Shown here in pieces: positions 48,357 to 61,277 of a stretch of DNA of 64,000 nucleotides. The stretch's first letter is position 1, and each line of letters begins with the position of its first letter. The DNA lies in the NCBI GenBank assembly GCA_963814115.1, contig CAWFBS010000008.1, positions 430,155-494,154 on the forward strand, written 5' to 3'. The notes under the pieces were generated by a model that was not told where the DNA came from, made no database searches, and worked only from the letters and a program-made list of their open reading frames with translations. A program made the translations under genes and the position numbers. This stretch comes from an uncultured Chloroflexia bacterium (GTDB taxonomy: Bacteria; Chloroflexota; Limnocylindria; Limnocylindrales; CSP1-4).

Positions 48357-48442
48357 GGAGAGGTGCCGGAGCGGTCTATCGGAGCGGTCTTGAAAACCGC
48401 CGGGTGCAAGCCCCGTGGGTTCGAATCCCACCCTCTCCGCCA
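48357..48442 (+). tRNA. tRNA-Ser (anticodon UGA), class II with long variable arm, CCA encoded
   Basis: Manual fold. Acceptor GGAGAGG/CCTCTCC, 3-bp D-stem, anticodon stem GCGGT/ACCGC with loop CTTGAAA (anticodon TGA), long variable arm, T-arm GTGGG-TTCGAAT-CCCAC, discriminator G, CCA. Confidence 0.85.
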
Positions 48443-48657
48443 TGGACCCAGGCAGGAGTCCTCCGCCGCGTCGGCGGTCACCGCCGACCCGTTCGTCGCG
48501 GGCCTGTGCTGGCGGATGGCGCCGGGACGAGGCGGACTCGCTTGTCGGGTTCCGGGCGGATTGAAAGGAACACGCGGGACGGGGTCGAGCCAGCTCCCAG
48601 CTGCGGGCCCGGCGGGTCGACGATCATCAGTCAGACCGACGCGCCGCGTATCCTGCG

Positions 48658-49662
48658 ATGCATGTCCTGGGATGTGCCGGAGATGACGGGCCTCGGCGCC
48701 GACGTGGAGACGCCGGGGCGTTCCCACGAGATGACCGGGTCGGCCTGTACGGGCCGGGCAGCGAGGCGTGGCGCCTGAATCGCGAGGCGACGATCCTGCT
48801 TGGGGCCGGTCCCCGGGCTCTGCTTCTGCAGCTGGCGCATCCGCTCGTCGCGGAAGGGGTGGACCAGCACTCGGCGTTCCGCGAGGACCCGTGGGGAAGG
48901 CTCGAGGGCACGCTCCGCAGCTACCTCCGGATCGTGTACGGCAGTTTGCCGGAGGCGCGAGCAGAGATCGGGCGGCTGGCCGTCCTGCACCGCCGGGTGG
49001 TGGGGCCGGTGCGCGATCCGGAAGCCAGGGCCGTGACGGGGACTGACCGGTACCGGGCGCGCGACCCGGAGCTCTCGTTGTGGGTGCACGCCACGCTGGT
49101 CGACTCGACCATGGTGGCGGTCGACGCCTGGCTCGAGTCCCTCTCGCGAGACCGCCGGGCCGACTTCTACGCCGAGACGCGGCCGATCGGCCGCGCCTTC
49201 GGGATCCCGGACTCGCTCCTACCCCGGGACCTCGCCGCGTTCGAGACGTACCTCGCCACGATGCTCGGGCCCGGCGGGCCGGTCCAGGTGACGACCACCG
49301 CCCGGGAGCTCGCCGAGACGATCCTCCACCCGCCACTCTCGCCGCTCCTGCGGGATCCGCGCGTCCTCGGGTGGGGCCCCCTGCCGGCGTTCGGACCGTC
49401 CGTCGATCGCGTGCCGCGGGGGAGCTACGACTTCCTGATGTGGCCGGCGCTCGCGCTCCTGCCCGAGTCGATTCGAGAGGGCTATGGCATCCCGTGGACG
49501 CCCTGGCGCCGCCTTGTCAGCGACTGGCTCGTGGCCGGCTTCCGCCTCTGGCGGCCGCGCTTCCCGACGCGAATCCGGTGGATGCCGCAGGCGCTGGCGG
49601 CCGACCGACGCGTGGCCGGCATCTGGACCGAACGGACGGCCGATCACGCTCCGGGCGCCTGA
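48658..49662 (+). CDS. DUF2236 (MpaB/oxygenase-like) family protein
   Basis: 334-aa ORF with DUF2236-like pattern (GPGSEAWRLNRE...LLLQLAHPLVAEGV...). Exact start uncertain. Confidence 0.55.
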   Translation: MHVLGCAGDDGPRRRRGDAGAFPRDDRVGLYGPGSEAWRLNREATILLGAGPRALLLQLAHPLVAEGVDQHSAFREDPWGRLEGTLRSYLRIVYGSLPEARAEIGRLAVLHRRVVGPVRDPEARAVTGTDRYRARDPELSLWVHATLVDSTMVAVDAWLESLSRDRRADFYAETRPIGRAFGIPDSLLPRDLAAFETYLATMLGPGGPVQVTTTARELAETILHPPLSPLLRDPRVLGWGPLPAFGPSVDRVPRGSYDFLMWPALALLPESIREGYGIPWTPWRRLVSDWLVAGFRLWRPRFPTRIRWMPQALAADRRVAGIWTERTADHAPGA

Positions 49663-49757
49663 TCCGGGGCCGCCGGGCGGGTGAAGCCGGTGGGCGGCCT
49701 CCGGGCTTGCAGCCGCGCTCGGCGCATCGCCCGTGACGAGGGCCCGTGGTTCGCCGC

Positions 49758-49787
49758 TTGACCGAACTGCGCGCTCGTGCCTAGACT
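49758..49787 (+). promoter_or_regulatory. Near-consensus sigma-70-type promoter TTGACC-N18-TAGACT upstream of the trp operon
   Basis: Read directly. -35 at 49758-49763 and -10 at 49782-49787. About 330 nt upstream of the trpE ATG. Confidence 0.5.
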
Positions 49788-50117
49788 CCGCGGCAACTGA
49801 AGACGTGGGCTGTGAACGGGACGAGTACCCGTCGTGCGCCGGCAGAGAGACCCGGCGGCCGGTGGAAGACCGGGGTGGCGACGGCGGCGAATGGACCCGG
49901 GAGCCTCCGGACCGAACGCGCCGGCAATGGTCGGCGCCAGTAGGCTCCGGCGCAGGGCGCCAGCGATAGCGGGCAGCGCCGATCGGACGGACCCACCGTC
50001 CCGTCGGTCAGGTGAGCGCGGCAGTGCCGAAATCGGGTGGCACCGCGGATGGTCAGACCGGCCGTTCGTCCCGAGTGGACGAAGGTCGGTTTCGTTGTCT
50101 CTGGAGGTCCGCGGACG

Positions 50118-51800
50118 ATGTCCATCCAGCACCCGCTCAGCCTGGCCGAGGTCAAGCGCCTCGCCGGCCGCGCGGACATGATCCGTCTCCGGGCGAGCCG
50201 CGATGCCGACCTGGAGACGCCGATCGGCGCCTTCCTGCGGCTCGACGACGGTGCCACCCCTGCCTACCTCCTGGAATCGGTCGAGGGGGGCGAGCGGCTC
50301 GGCCGCTACAGCTTCCTCGGCACCGGACCGCGCCGACTGCTCGAGGTGCGCGACGGGGTGGCGCGCATCCAGGACCGGCCGGTTGGCGTCACTGCGTACG
50401 CACCCGACCTGCCGATCACCGCGTTTCCCGGGGCGGACCCGCTCGCCGCGCTCCGCGCCTTCCTGCCCCGAAGGGTGGTCGAGCCGGGTGACGGGATGCC
50501 GCGGTTCACCGGCGGAGCGGTGGGCGCGCTCGCCTACGACGCGGTGTCCGTGTTCGAGCCCAGCGTCCCGCTGCCGGCGGCCGATCCGGTCGGCGTGCCG
50601 CTCGCCAGCTTCATCGAGACCGACCTCGTCCTGGTCTTCGACCACCTGACGCACGAGCTGAGCGCGATCGCCTCGCTCCACACGGAGACGCCGCGCCTGG
50701 AGGAGCGCTACCGGATCGCGGAGCGGGCCATCTTCGAGGCACTCGAGCGGACGGCCCGCCCGTCCCCGGCGGAGATCGCGGGGGCCGCGGTCGGCGGGGC
50801 CGCCGGGTCGGTCCCGGTGGAGCGGCCGCCCGCGGCGATGGACGAGGCCCGGACCAGCCTGGGCCGCGACGCGTTCGAGACCGCGGTCCGGGCCGCCAAG
50901 GACGCGATCGCCGGCGGGGAGGCGATCCAGGTCGTGCTCGCGCGGCGTGAAACGCGGGCTCTGCCGGCCGGCCCGGACGGGCGTCCGGTGGACGGGATCA
51001 GCCTCTATCGGGCGCTGCGCCGGGTGAACCCCAGCCCGTACCTGTTCTTCGTCCGGACCCCGTCCTTCGAGGTGGTCGGCGCCAGCCCGGAGCTGCTCCT
51101 CCAGGTGGAGGGGGACCGAATGACCACGCACCCCATCGCCGGAACGCGGCCCCGCGGCGCCACGCCCGCCGACGACGCCCGCCTTGCCGAGGAGCTGATG
51201 GCCGACCCGAAGGAGCGTGCCGAGCACGTCATGCTCGTGGACCTGGGGCGCAATGACCTGGGCCGCGTGGCACGACCGGGCACCGTGCGCGTGTCGAAAT
51301 ACATGGAGGTCGAGCGCTACAGCCACGTGCTGCACCTCGTGAGCCACGTCGAGGGCCGGCTGGCGGCGGGGCTGGACGCCCTGGACGCGCTGCGCAGCGT
51401 CTTCCCCGCCGGCACCCTCTCGGGCGCCCCGAAGGTCCGTGCGATGCAGCTCATCGCTGCGGCCGAGCGCGAGCGACGCGGCCTGTACGGCGGTGCGGTG
51501 GGGTACCTAGGCTACGACGGAAACCTCGACACGGCGATCGCCATCCGGAGCGCCGTGCTCAAGGACGGTGTCGCCCACCTCCACGCCGGTGCCGGGATCG
51601 TCGCGGGGAGCGTGCCCGAGCGCGAGTTCGAGGAGACCGAGCACAAGGCTGCGGCGCTCCGCCGCGCACTCGAGCTGGCGGCCGGCACGGGCCGGGGACC
51701 GGCAGGGTCAGATCCGGCGGGGTCCGGTGCGGCCGGTCAGCCGGATTCGGCCGGCGCACCTGGCTCGGCGAGCGCTGCCGCGGTGGGGACCTCGCGGTGA
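50118..51800 (+). CDS. trpE: Anthranilate synthase component I
   Basis: 560 aa with chorismate-binding family motifs (LFFVRTPSFEVVGASPE, GAVGYLGYDG). GGAGG SD 9 nt upstream. Confidence 0.9.
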   Translation: MSIQHPLSLAEVKRLAGRADMIRLRASRDADLETPIGAFLRLDDGATPAYLLESVEGGERLGRYSFLGTGPRRLLEVRDGVARIQDRPVGVTAYAPDLPITAFPGADPLAALRAFLPRRVVEPGDGMPRFTGGAVGALAYDAVSVFEPSVPLPAADPVGVPLASFIETDLVLVFDHLTHELSAIASLHTETPRLEERYRIAERAIFEALERTARPSPAEIAGAAVGGAAGSVPVERPPAAMDEARTSLGRDAFETAVRAAKDAIAGGEAIQVVLARRETRALPAGPDGRPVDGISLYRALRRVNPSPYLFFVRTPSFEVVGASPELLLQVEGDRMTTHPIAGTRPRGATPADDARLAEELMADPKERAEHVMLVDLGRNDLGRVARPGTVRVSKYMEVERYSHVLHLVSHVEGRLAAGLDALDALRSVFPAGTLSGAPKVRAMQLIAAAERERRGLYGGAVGYLGYDGNLDTAIAIRSAVLKDGVAHLHAGAGIVAGSVPEREFEETEHKAAALRRALELAAGTGRGPAGSDPAGSGAAGQPDSAGAPGSASAAAVGTSR

Positions 51801-52564
51801 TCCTCGTGATCGACAACTACGACAGCTTCACCTACAACCTGGTGCAGGCGCTCCAGGCCGCCGGGGCAGAAGTCCGGGTCGTGCGCAACAACGCGATCGA
51901 CGTGCCCGGGCTCGCCGCGCTTGCTGCCGATCCGGCCGCCGCGCTGCGAGGGATCGTGATCTCGCCGGGGCCGTCGGACCCGGCACACGCCGGCGTTTCC
52001 GTCCCGGCGGTCACGTTCGCGGCCGAGCGCCACATCCCGCTCCTGGGTGTCTGCCTGGGCATGCAGTCGATGGCGGCCGCGTTCGGGGCGTCGATCGTCC
52101 GGGCGCCGACGCTCGTCCACGGAGAGGCTTCCGCAATCGAGCACGACGGCGCGGGCCTGCTCGCGGGCATGCCCGCGCTATTCCACGCAGCCCGGTATCA
52201 CTCGCTCTCCGTGGACCCGGAGACGGTGCCGCCGGAGCTGCTCGTGACCGCCCGGAGCGCCGACGACGGCGTCGTGATGGGGCTCCGGCACGCGACGCTC
52301 CCGATGGAAGGTGTCCAGTTCCACCCCGAGTCGGTGCTCACGCCCGACGGCCCGCACCTGCTCGCGAACTTCCTCCGCCTGGCCGGCGAGGGTGACGGGG
52401 CCCTGCTCGACGCCGCGGTGGGGTCGTTCGCCACCGGCGGGCTCGCCCCCGTCCAGGCCGCGGATGCCTCGGCCGGCGTCCCGTTGGCCGCGGCCGCCCC
52501 TGGCGCGGCGGCACCGGGAGCCGGCTCGGTCCCGGCCGTGCCGGCTGCGGGGGCGATCCGATGA
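51797..52564 (+). CDS. trpG: Anthranilate synthase component II / glutamine amidotransferase
   Basis: ILVIDNYDSFTYNL, catalytic GVCLGMQ and HPES motifs. GTGA overlap with the trpE stop. Confidence 0.9.
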   Translation: MILVIDNYDSFTYNLVQALQAAGAEVRVVRNNAIDVPGLAALAADPAAALRGIVISPGPSDPAHAGVSVPAVTFAAERHIPLLGVCLGMQSMAAAFGASIVRAPTLVHGEASAIEHDGAGLLAGMPALFHAARYHSLSVDPETVPPELLVTARSADDGVVMGLRHATLPMEGVQFHPESVLTPDGPHLLANFLRLAGEGDGALLDAAVGSFATGGLAPVQAADASAGVPLAAAAPGAAAPGAGSVPAVPAAGAIR

Positions 52565-53618
52565 GCGACGCGGTTCGGGCAGCCCTCGCGGCCGTGATCG
52601 ACGGGGAGACCCTGGACCGCGACCGAGCGCACGGAGCGATGGGCGCGGTGATGGACGGCGAGTCCACGCCGGCCCAGCTGGCTGCCCTCCTCGTGGCGCT
52701 GCGGATGCGCGGTGAGACGGTCGACGAGCTGGCGGGATTCGCGCAGGCGATGCGCGAGCGGGTCGTGCACGTGGCCGCGCCCCCAACGGCGGTGGATGTC
52801 GTCGGGACCGGTGGCGACGGCTCGGGCACCTTCAACATCTCCACGGCGGCTGCGCTCGTCCTCGCCGCGGCTGGTGTCCCGGTCGCCAAGCACGGCAACC
52901 GGGCGATCACCTCGCGGTCCGGCTCCGCCGATGTGCTCGACGCGCTCGGCGTGCGGATCGACCACGATGCGGACTCAGCAGCGGCCGCCTTGCGGAGCAT
53001 CGGCTTCGCCTTCCTGTTCGCGCCCGCGTTCCACCCGGCGATGCGCTACGCGGGGCCGACCCGCCGGGAGATCGGTGTCCGGACGGCGTTCAACCTGCTG
53101 GGTCCGCTGACGAATCCCGCCGGGACGCGGCGCCAGCTCGTCGGCGTCGGGGACCCGGTCGCTGCTCCGAAGCTCGCCGAGGTCCTCCGCGCCCTGGGCA
53201 CGGAGCGATCGCTCGTCGTGCACGGCGCGGGCGTGGACGAGCTCCCACTCGACGGGAGCGGCGTCATCCATGACGTCACGCCGGACCGCGTCGTGCGCCG
53301 GGAGGTCGATGTCGTTGCGCTCGGACTCAACGCTGCCGAGACCTCGCAGCTCGCGGGCGGGTCGCCCGTCGAGAACGCGGCGCTCGTGGACGCGATCCTC
53401 GCGGGAACGGAGCGCGGGCCGCGGCGCGACGTCGTCCTGCTCAACGCCGGTGCGGCCTTCGTGGCCGCCGGCCGGGCCGCCGACCTGGCCGGGGGCATCG
53501 CCCAGGCCGCCGACGTTCTCGACGCGGGGGCCGCATCGCAGCTGCTCCAGCGGCTTCGCGCCGAGCGGCGGTCGTCGGATGACGCGAGCGCGGCCCGCGC
53601 GGCGACGGAGGTTCGGGC

Positions 53619-53622
<4 letters not shown>
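52561..53622 (+). CDS. trpD: Anthranilate phosphoribosyltransferase
   Basis: [16 protein letters not shown] and KHGNRA motifs. ATGA overlap with trpG. Confidence 0.9.
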
Positions 53623-56476
<2,854 letters not shown>

Positions 56477-56480
<4 letters not shown>

Positions 56481-57370
56481 ACGCGCTGCCGGCCGACCTC
56501 TCCCAGGACGTCCCGGCGAGCTCGGGCCGGGGCACCGGCGCGACCCCCGGGGCCGCCCGGATCGGGGACGCGTTCGAGCGGTCGAAGGCGGCGAACCGGG
56601 CGGCGCTGATCCCGTACGTCGTGGCGGGCTATCCCGACGCGGCGGGAAGCCTGGCCGCGGCCGTGGCCGCGATCGACGCGGGCGCCGACCTCCTGGAAGT
56701 CGGTCTCCCGTACTCGGACCCGCTTGCGGACGGCGCCACGCTCCAGCGGGCTTCGGGCGTGGCGCTCCGAGCCGGCGCCACGCTGGATCGCTCGATGGCC
56801 CAGATCGCCGCGATCGCCGTTGCCCGGCCGGGCATCCCGCTCGTGCCGATGTGCTATGCGAACCAGCTCCTGGCGGGCGGAGGCGGCGCGACCGCCGCGC
56901 GACGGCTTGCCGATGCCGGTGCGTCGGGCGTGATCGTGGCCGACCTGACGCCCGACGAGGGCGCACCGTTCGAGGCTGCCTGCCGGGATGCTGGCATCGC
57001 CCTGGTCTACCTCGTTGCGCCCACGACGCCACCTGATCGCCGGGTCGCGATCGCCGGCCGGACCGGCGGCTTCCTGTACACGGTCTCGCTCGTCGGCGTG
57101 ACCGGAGCACGGGCCAGCCTGCCGCCGGAGGTCGGGCGCTACGTCCGGGCCGTGAAGGCAGCGAGCCCGGTGCCGGTGGCGGTCGGGTTCGGCGTCTCGC
57201 GTCCCGCCCACGTCCGGGCCCTCATCCGGGCCGGCGCGGACGGGGTCATCGTGGCCTCGGCGCTCATCGAGGCGCTCGGCCCGGACGGCCGCGACACGCA
57301 GGGCCTGGGACGGCTGGTCGAGCGGCTGCGCGCGGCTGCCGGACGCCGAGCCGCGGTCGCCGGACGCTGA
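56477..57370 (+). CDS. trpA: Tryptophan synthase alpha chain
   Basis: TrpA motifs ([29 protein letters not shown]). GTGA overlap with the trpB stop. Confidence 0.9.
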
Positions 57371-57391
57371 GCCGCGGCCGCCAGGGGACGA

Positions 57392-57781
57392 TCAGCCGGT
57401 CTTTGAATCCGCGGCTCCGCCAGAACCTCGATCACGCTTCTGCGCGTGCTGCACCCGGCGAGTCGCGGCGATCAGCTTCCGGTAGAGGGAGACGAGCTCC
57501 GGCTCGGGGAAGAGTCCCGCCGACGCGCTCGTCACGTGCTCCAGCACCTGCGCCTCTCGCGCCGCGTCGCGCACGGTCCGCCGCCCCGTCACCTGCTTGA
57601 CGCTGCCGATCTCCAGAGCGATCTGGGCCCGCTCGTTGAGCAGCGCGACGATCTCGTGGTCGATCGCGTCGATGCGCTCTCTGAGCGGGGCGAGCGCCTC
57701 GGCCGTGGGGTCGCCTCCTTCGGCAGGGTCGCCAGCGCCGGCCGTCGTCGCCATGCTTCCGCTTCGTCGTCGCTCACCCAC
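57392..57781 (-). CDS. Chorismate mutase (AroQ class, CM_2 domain)
   Basis: LRERIDAIDHEIVALLNERAQIALEIGSVK is typical of the helical CM. 129 aa from a GTG at 57781; an alternative ATG at 57754 gives 120 aa. Last gene of the aro operon. Confidence 0.75.
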   Translation of the reverse strand: MGERRRSGSMATTAGAGDPAEGGDPTAEALAPLRERIDAIDHEIVALLNERAQIALEIGSVKQVTGRRTVRDAAREAQVLEHVTSASAGLFPEPELVSLYRKLIAATRRVQHAQKRDRGSGGAADSKTG

Positions 57782-58286
57782 CGGACGCCTCGGTGCCGCC
57801 GGCCCTCGCCGGGATGAGGCCCGACGTCCGTCGGCGGGCCAGCTCCTCCAGTGCGAGCGTGTAGCCCCGGGCGTGCAGGCCCACGAAGCGGGCGATCGCC
57901 ACGTCCTCCAGGAAGTTCACCCGCCGGAACGGCTCGCGAGCGGCCGGGTCCGAGAGGTGCACCTCGACGAACGGGCGTTCCACGGCCAGCAGGGCGTCGC
58001 GCAGGCTGACCGAGGTGTGGGTGAGTCCGGCTGCGTTCACGATCGCGGCGTCGAAATCGAGCTCGTGGAGCCGGTCGATGAGCGCCCCCTCGTGGTTCGA
58101 CTGGAAGAAATCCACGTGCACGCCGAGCTCCGACGCCCGCGCCGCGATCCCCGCATTGATCTGGTCGAGCGTCTCGCGCCCGTAGATGGCCGGCTCCCGC
58201 CTTCCCAGCAGGTTCAGGTTCGGGCCGTTCAGCACCAGCACGCGGAACGGGCGATCTGCCCCCATCGGCGACACAGTCCCGCTCAT
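57774..58286 (-). CDS. aroQ: 3-dehydroquinate dehydratase, type II
   Basis: VLVLNGPNLNLLGRREPAIYG and HLSD motifs of type II DHQase. ATGA overlap with the aroKB stop. Confidence 0.85.
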   Translation of the reverse strand: MSGTVSPMGADRPFRVLVLNGPNLNLLGRREPAIYGRETLDQINAGIAARASELGVHVDFFQSNHEGALIDRLHELDFDAAIVNAAGLTHTSVSLRDALLAVERPFVEVHLSDPAAREPFRRVNFLEDVAIARFVGLHARGYTLALEELARRRTSGLIPARAGGTEASGG

Positions 58287-59965
58287 GCGCCGGACCCATC
58301 CGCGTGCGCTGCTGCGCCCGAGGGGACGGCGGCGCCGGCGCCCGCCGGTCTGCCGGCCAGGACGCTCCGTGCCGCCGCAGTCACCACCTCGGCAGGGATG
58401 TCCGTGCGAACCGTCCACCCGCCCGCGGTCGCGAGGACCCACCGGAGCTGCCCGGCGTGGTGCTTCTTGTCCGCGGCGAGCGCCTCGAGGACCGCGCCAA
58501 TCGGGGTCGAGAGGGGTGCCAGGGCAAGCTCCAGCCGGTCCAGAAGCCGCTCCACCCGGTCCGCCCGCTCGGGCGGCGTCACCTCCATCGCCACCCCGAT
58601 CCGGAGGGCCGCCCGCAGCCCATAGGCCACGGCCTCTCCGTGGAGGATGCCCCGGAATCCCGCCGCCGTCTCGATCGCGTGGCCGAGCGAGTGGCCGAGG
58701 TTCAGCGAGATCCGGCCACCCTGCTCGCGCTCATCGGCGGTGACGACCTCCACCTTGGCCATGGCGCAGCGCTCGACGAGCTCTGCCATCGCGCCGGACT
58801 CGAAGGCGGCGGGGGCACCCGCCGCAAGGGCCGGCCCGTCGACCTCCAGGAGATCCAGGATCCGCTCGTCGCCCAGCGTCCCCATCTTGGTTGCCTCGCC
58901 CAGCGCGGCGCGCAGCTCACGAGGTTCCAGCGTTCGCAGGAAGGCGATGTCCGTGACGTTTGCGACCGCTTGGTGGAAGGCGCCCACAAGGTTCTTGCCC
59001 TCGGGCAGGTCGACGGCGCTCTTGCCACCGATCGAGCTGTCCAGCTGGGCGACGAGGGTTGTCGGCACCTGAACCAGCGGCACGCCGCGCAGCCAGATCG
59101 CCGCGAGGAACCCGGCCGCGTCGCCGAGCGCTCCGCCGCCGATCGCGACGATCGGGTCGGTCCGTTCGGCGTGCAGGTTGGCGAGCTGGCGAGCCGCCTC
59201 CTCGATCACCCCGAGGCGCTTGGCGTCCTCGCCGCGCGGAAGCAGGATCAGCTCGGTCGGGATTCCGGCCGCGCCAACTGCCTCGGAGATGGCGGCCCCG
59301 GCCGACTCCCAGGCGCGCGGCTCCGAAACGAGGAACGCACGGCGCGCTTCCAGGCTCTCGAGCGCGCCCACGACGCCGGACCCGCCCGTGCCGTCGCCCA
59401 GCTCGTAGCGGCCGAGCGGCGTGGCAGCCCGCAGGAGCGGTGTCCGCGGAATCGGATCGGCAAGGTGACGTTCCAGTGTCTCCACGATCCCGGCCAGGCC
59501 GACGATCCCGTTCACGCGCAGCGCCGGCGCGTAGAAGGGCGTCCGGGTTGCTGCAAGCAGTCGCATCGCGGCGACCGGGTCGTGACCGCTCAGCAGGGGC
59601 CGCGGCACGGGTGAGTTGCGGAGGCGCTGGGCGAGGATCTCCGGCGGGGCGTCGAGCCAGGCGGCCATCCGGCCGCGATAGAGGAGCCATCGGTTGCGTG
59701 GGTCGATGGGTGCGCCGCCCCCCGTCGCGATCACCCGCGTCAGGCCGGTCCGGGGGTCCCCGGGTCCGAGGCTGCGGATGGCGCGGCGCTCCCGCGCGCG
59801 GAAGCCCGCCTCGCCCTCCTCGGCGAAGATCGACGGGATGGGGCGCCCGGCGTCGCGCTCGATCTCCTCGTCCAGGTCCACGAACGTCGCCCCGTGGCGG
59901 CGCGACAGGCGGCGACCGACAGCGGTCTTGCCGCTCCCGGGCAACCCGACGAGGACCAGGTCCAT
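58283..59965 (-). CDS. aroKB: Bifunctional shikimate kinase / 3-dehydroquinate synthase (AroK-AroB fusion)
   Basis: N-terminal 170 aa are shikimate kinase (LVGLPGSGKT P-loop). The remainder is DHQ synthase (GGGALGDAAGF, zinc/NAD-binding motifs, SLNLGHSLGHAIE). Confidence 0.85.
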   Translation of the reverse strand: MDLVLVGLPGSGKTAVGRRLSRRHGATFVDLDEEIERDAGRPIPSIFAEEGEAGFRARERRAIRSLGPGDPRTGLTRVIATGGGAPIDPRNRWLLYRGRMAAWLDAPPEILAQRLRNSPVPRPLLSGHDPVAAMRLLAATRTPFYAPALRVNGIVGLAGIVETLERHLADPIPRTPLLRAATPLGRYELGDGTGGSGVVGALESLEARRAFLVSEPRAWESAGAAISEAVGAAGIPTELILLPRGEDAKRLGVIEEAARQLANLHAERTDPIVAIGGGALGDAAGFLAAIWLRGVPLVQVPTTLVAQLDSSIGGKSAVDLPEGKNLVGAFHQAVANVTDIAFLRTLEPRELRAALGEATKMGTLGDERILDLLEVDGPALAAGAPAAFESGAMAELVERCAMAKVEVVTADEREQGGRISLNLGHSLGHAIETAAGFRGILHGEAVAYGLRAALRIGVAMEVTPPERADRVERLLDRLELALAPLSTPIGAVLEALAADKKHHAGQLRWVLATAGGWTVRTDIPAEVVTAAARSVLAGRPAGAGAAVPSGAAAHADGSGA

Positions 59966-59972
59966 GGCGGGC

Positions 59973-61277
59973 CTAGTCGTCCCCGCCCGAACCGGCGGCG
60001 CCCGATCCCGAGTCGGCCCGTGCTGTGCCGGGAGTACCCGGGCCGGCGGCGCCGTCCTCGCCGGCCTGCGGCAGACGGCTGACCCGGGCGACGTAGCGCT
60101 CGAGGTTGTCCTGGACCTCGGCGAGCGAGTCGCCGCCGAACTTCTCGAGCACTGCCGAAGTCAGCGTCAGGAGCACCATCGCCTCGCCGATCACACCGGC
60201 GGCCGGGACGACGCTGATGTCGGAGCGTTCATAGTGGGCGGTGTCCACCGGCGCACCGGTCAGGAGGTCGGCCGAAGGCAGGGGCCTGGCAAGGGTCGAG
60301 ATCGGCTTGACGGCGCCGCGGACCACCAGCGGCTGGCCGTTCGTGATGCCTCCGGTCAGGCCGCCTGCGTTGTTCGACCGGTGGATCCACGCGCCGTCTG
60401 CTCCGCGGCCCTCGATCACGTCATGGACCTCGGATCCGAGCAGCCGGGTCTGCGCGAACCCGAGCCCCAGCTCCACGCCTTTCACGCTCTGGATGCTCAT
60501 GATCGCGCCCGCCAGGGCACCGTCGAGACGCCGATCCCAGTGGACGTGGCTGCCGAGGCCGATGGGGAGCCCGTGGGCCACCACCTCGAAGACGCCCCCA
60601 ACGGTGTTGCCGAGCGCTCGTGCCTCGTCGATCCGTGCCACCATCCGTGCCTCCGCGTCGGGGTCTGGGCAGCGCAGAGGGCTTGCCTCGGATTCGGTCC
60701 GGGTCCGCGTGGAGTTGCGCGGGTCGAGGGCAATCCCACCGACTTCGGCCGTGAAGGACCAGACGTCGATGCCGAGTGCCCCCAGGAAGGCGCGACACAC
60801 GGCGCCCGCCGCGACCCGGGCGGCTGTCTCGCGTGCCGAGGCGCGTTCGAGCACCGGGCGGGCATCGTTGAAGCCGTACTTCACGGCGCCGGCGAGGTCC
60901 GCGTGCCCGGGCCGGAGCCGCGTGACCGGCTGCGCGCGCCGGTTGCCTTCCGCCGCGAGAACGGCGAGCTCGTCGGACTGGGCTGCGGAGAGCGGCTCCA
61001 CCTGCATCACCCGGGTCCAGTTCTCCCAGTCCCGGTTCCGAAGCAGGAGCAGGACCGGCGAGCCGATCGTCAGCCCGTGTCGGACCCCCGCGAGAATCTC
61101 CGCGCGATCCTGTTCGATCGTCTGGCGCGCTCCGCGGCCGTAGCCGCCCTGGCGGCGTCGGAGGTCGGCGGCGATCGCGTCCGCCGTGACGGGCACGCCG
61201 GCAGGAATCCCTTCGAGGGTGACGCTGAGCGCGGGCCCGTGCGACTCCCCAGCGGTAAGGAAGCGGAAGGCGGTCAT
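59973..61277 (-). CDS. aroC: Chorismate synthase
   Basis: FRFLTAGESHGP N-terminus, RPGHAD and SARETA motifs. ATG at 61277, with a 4-nt overlap with aroE. Confidence 0.9.
   Translation of the reverse strand: MTAFRFLTAGESHGPALSVTLEGIPAGVPVTADAIAADLRRRQGGYGRGARQTIEQDRAEILAGVRHGLTIGSPVLLLLRNRDWENWTRVMQVEPLSAAQSDELAVLAAEGNRRAQPVTRLRPGHADLAGAVKYGFNDARPVLERASARETAARVAAGAVCRAFLGALGIDVWSFTAEVGGIALDPRNSTRTRTESEASPLRCPDPDAEARMVARIDEARALGNTVGGVFEVVAHGLPIGLGSHVHWDRRLDGALAGAIMSIQSVKGVELGLGFAQTRLLGSEVHDVIEGRGADGAWIHRSNNAGGLTGGITNGQPLVVRGAVKPISTLARPLPSADLLTGAPVDTAHYERSDISVVPAAGVIGEAMVLLTLTSAVLEKFGGDSLAEVQDNLERYVARVSRLPQAGEDGAAGPGTPGTARADSGSGAAGSGGDD

Noticed and set aside
48100-48360. Possible SRP (4.5S) RNA next to tRNA-Ser, by analogy with some actinobacterial loci
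   Set aside because: I could not find the conserved domain IV motif (…GGUCCGGAAGGAAGCAGC…) on either strand. Left as an unexplained non-coding stretch rather than called.
49834-50181. 115-aa ORF in the trp leader considered as a leader peptide
   Set aside because: It does not terminate before trpE and reads into the trpE start region. It is Arg-rich low complexity and has no tandem Trp codons, so it is not a convincing trpL.
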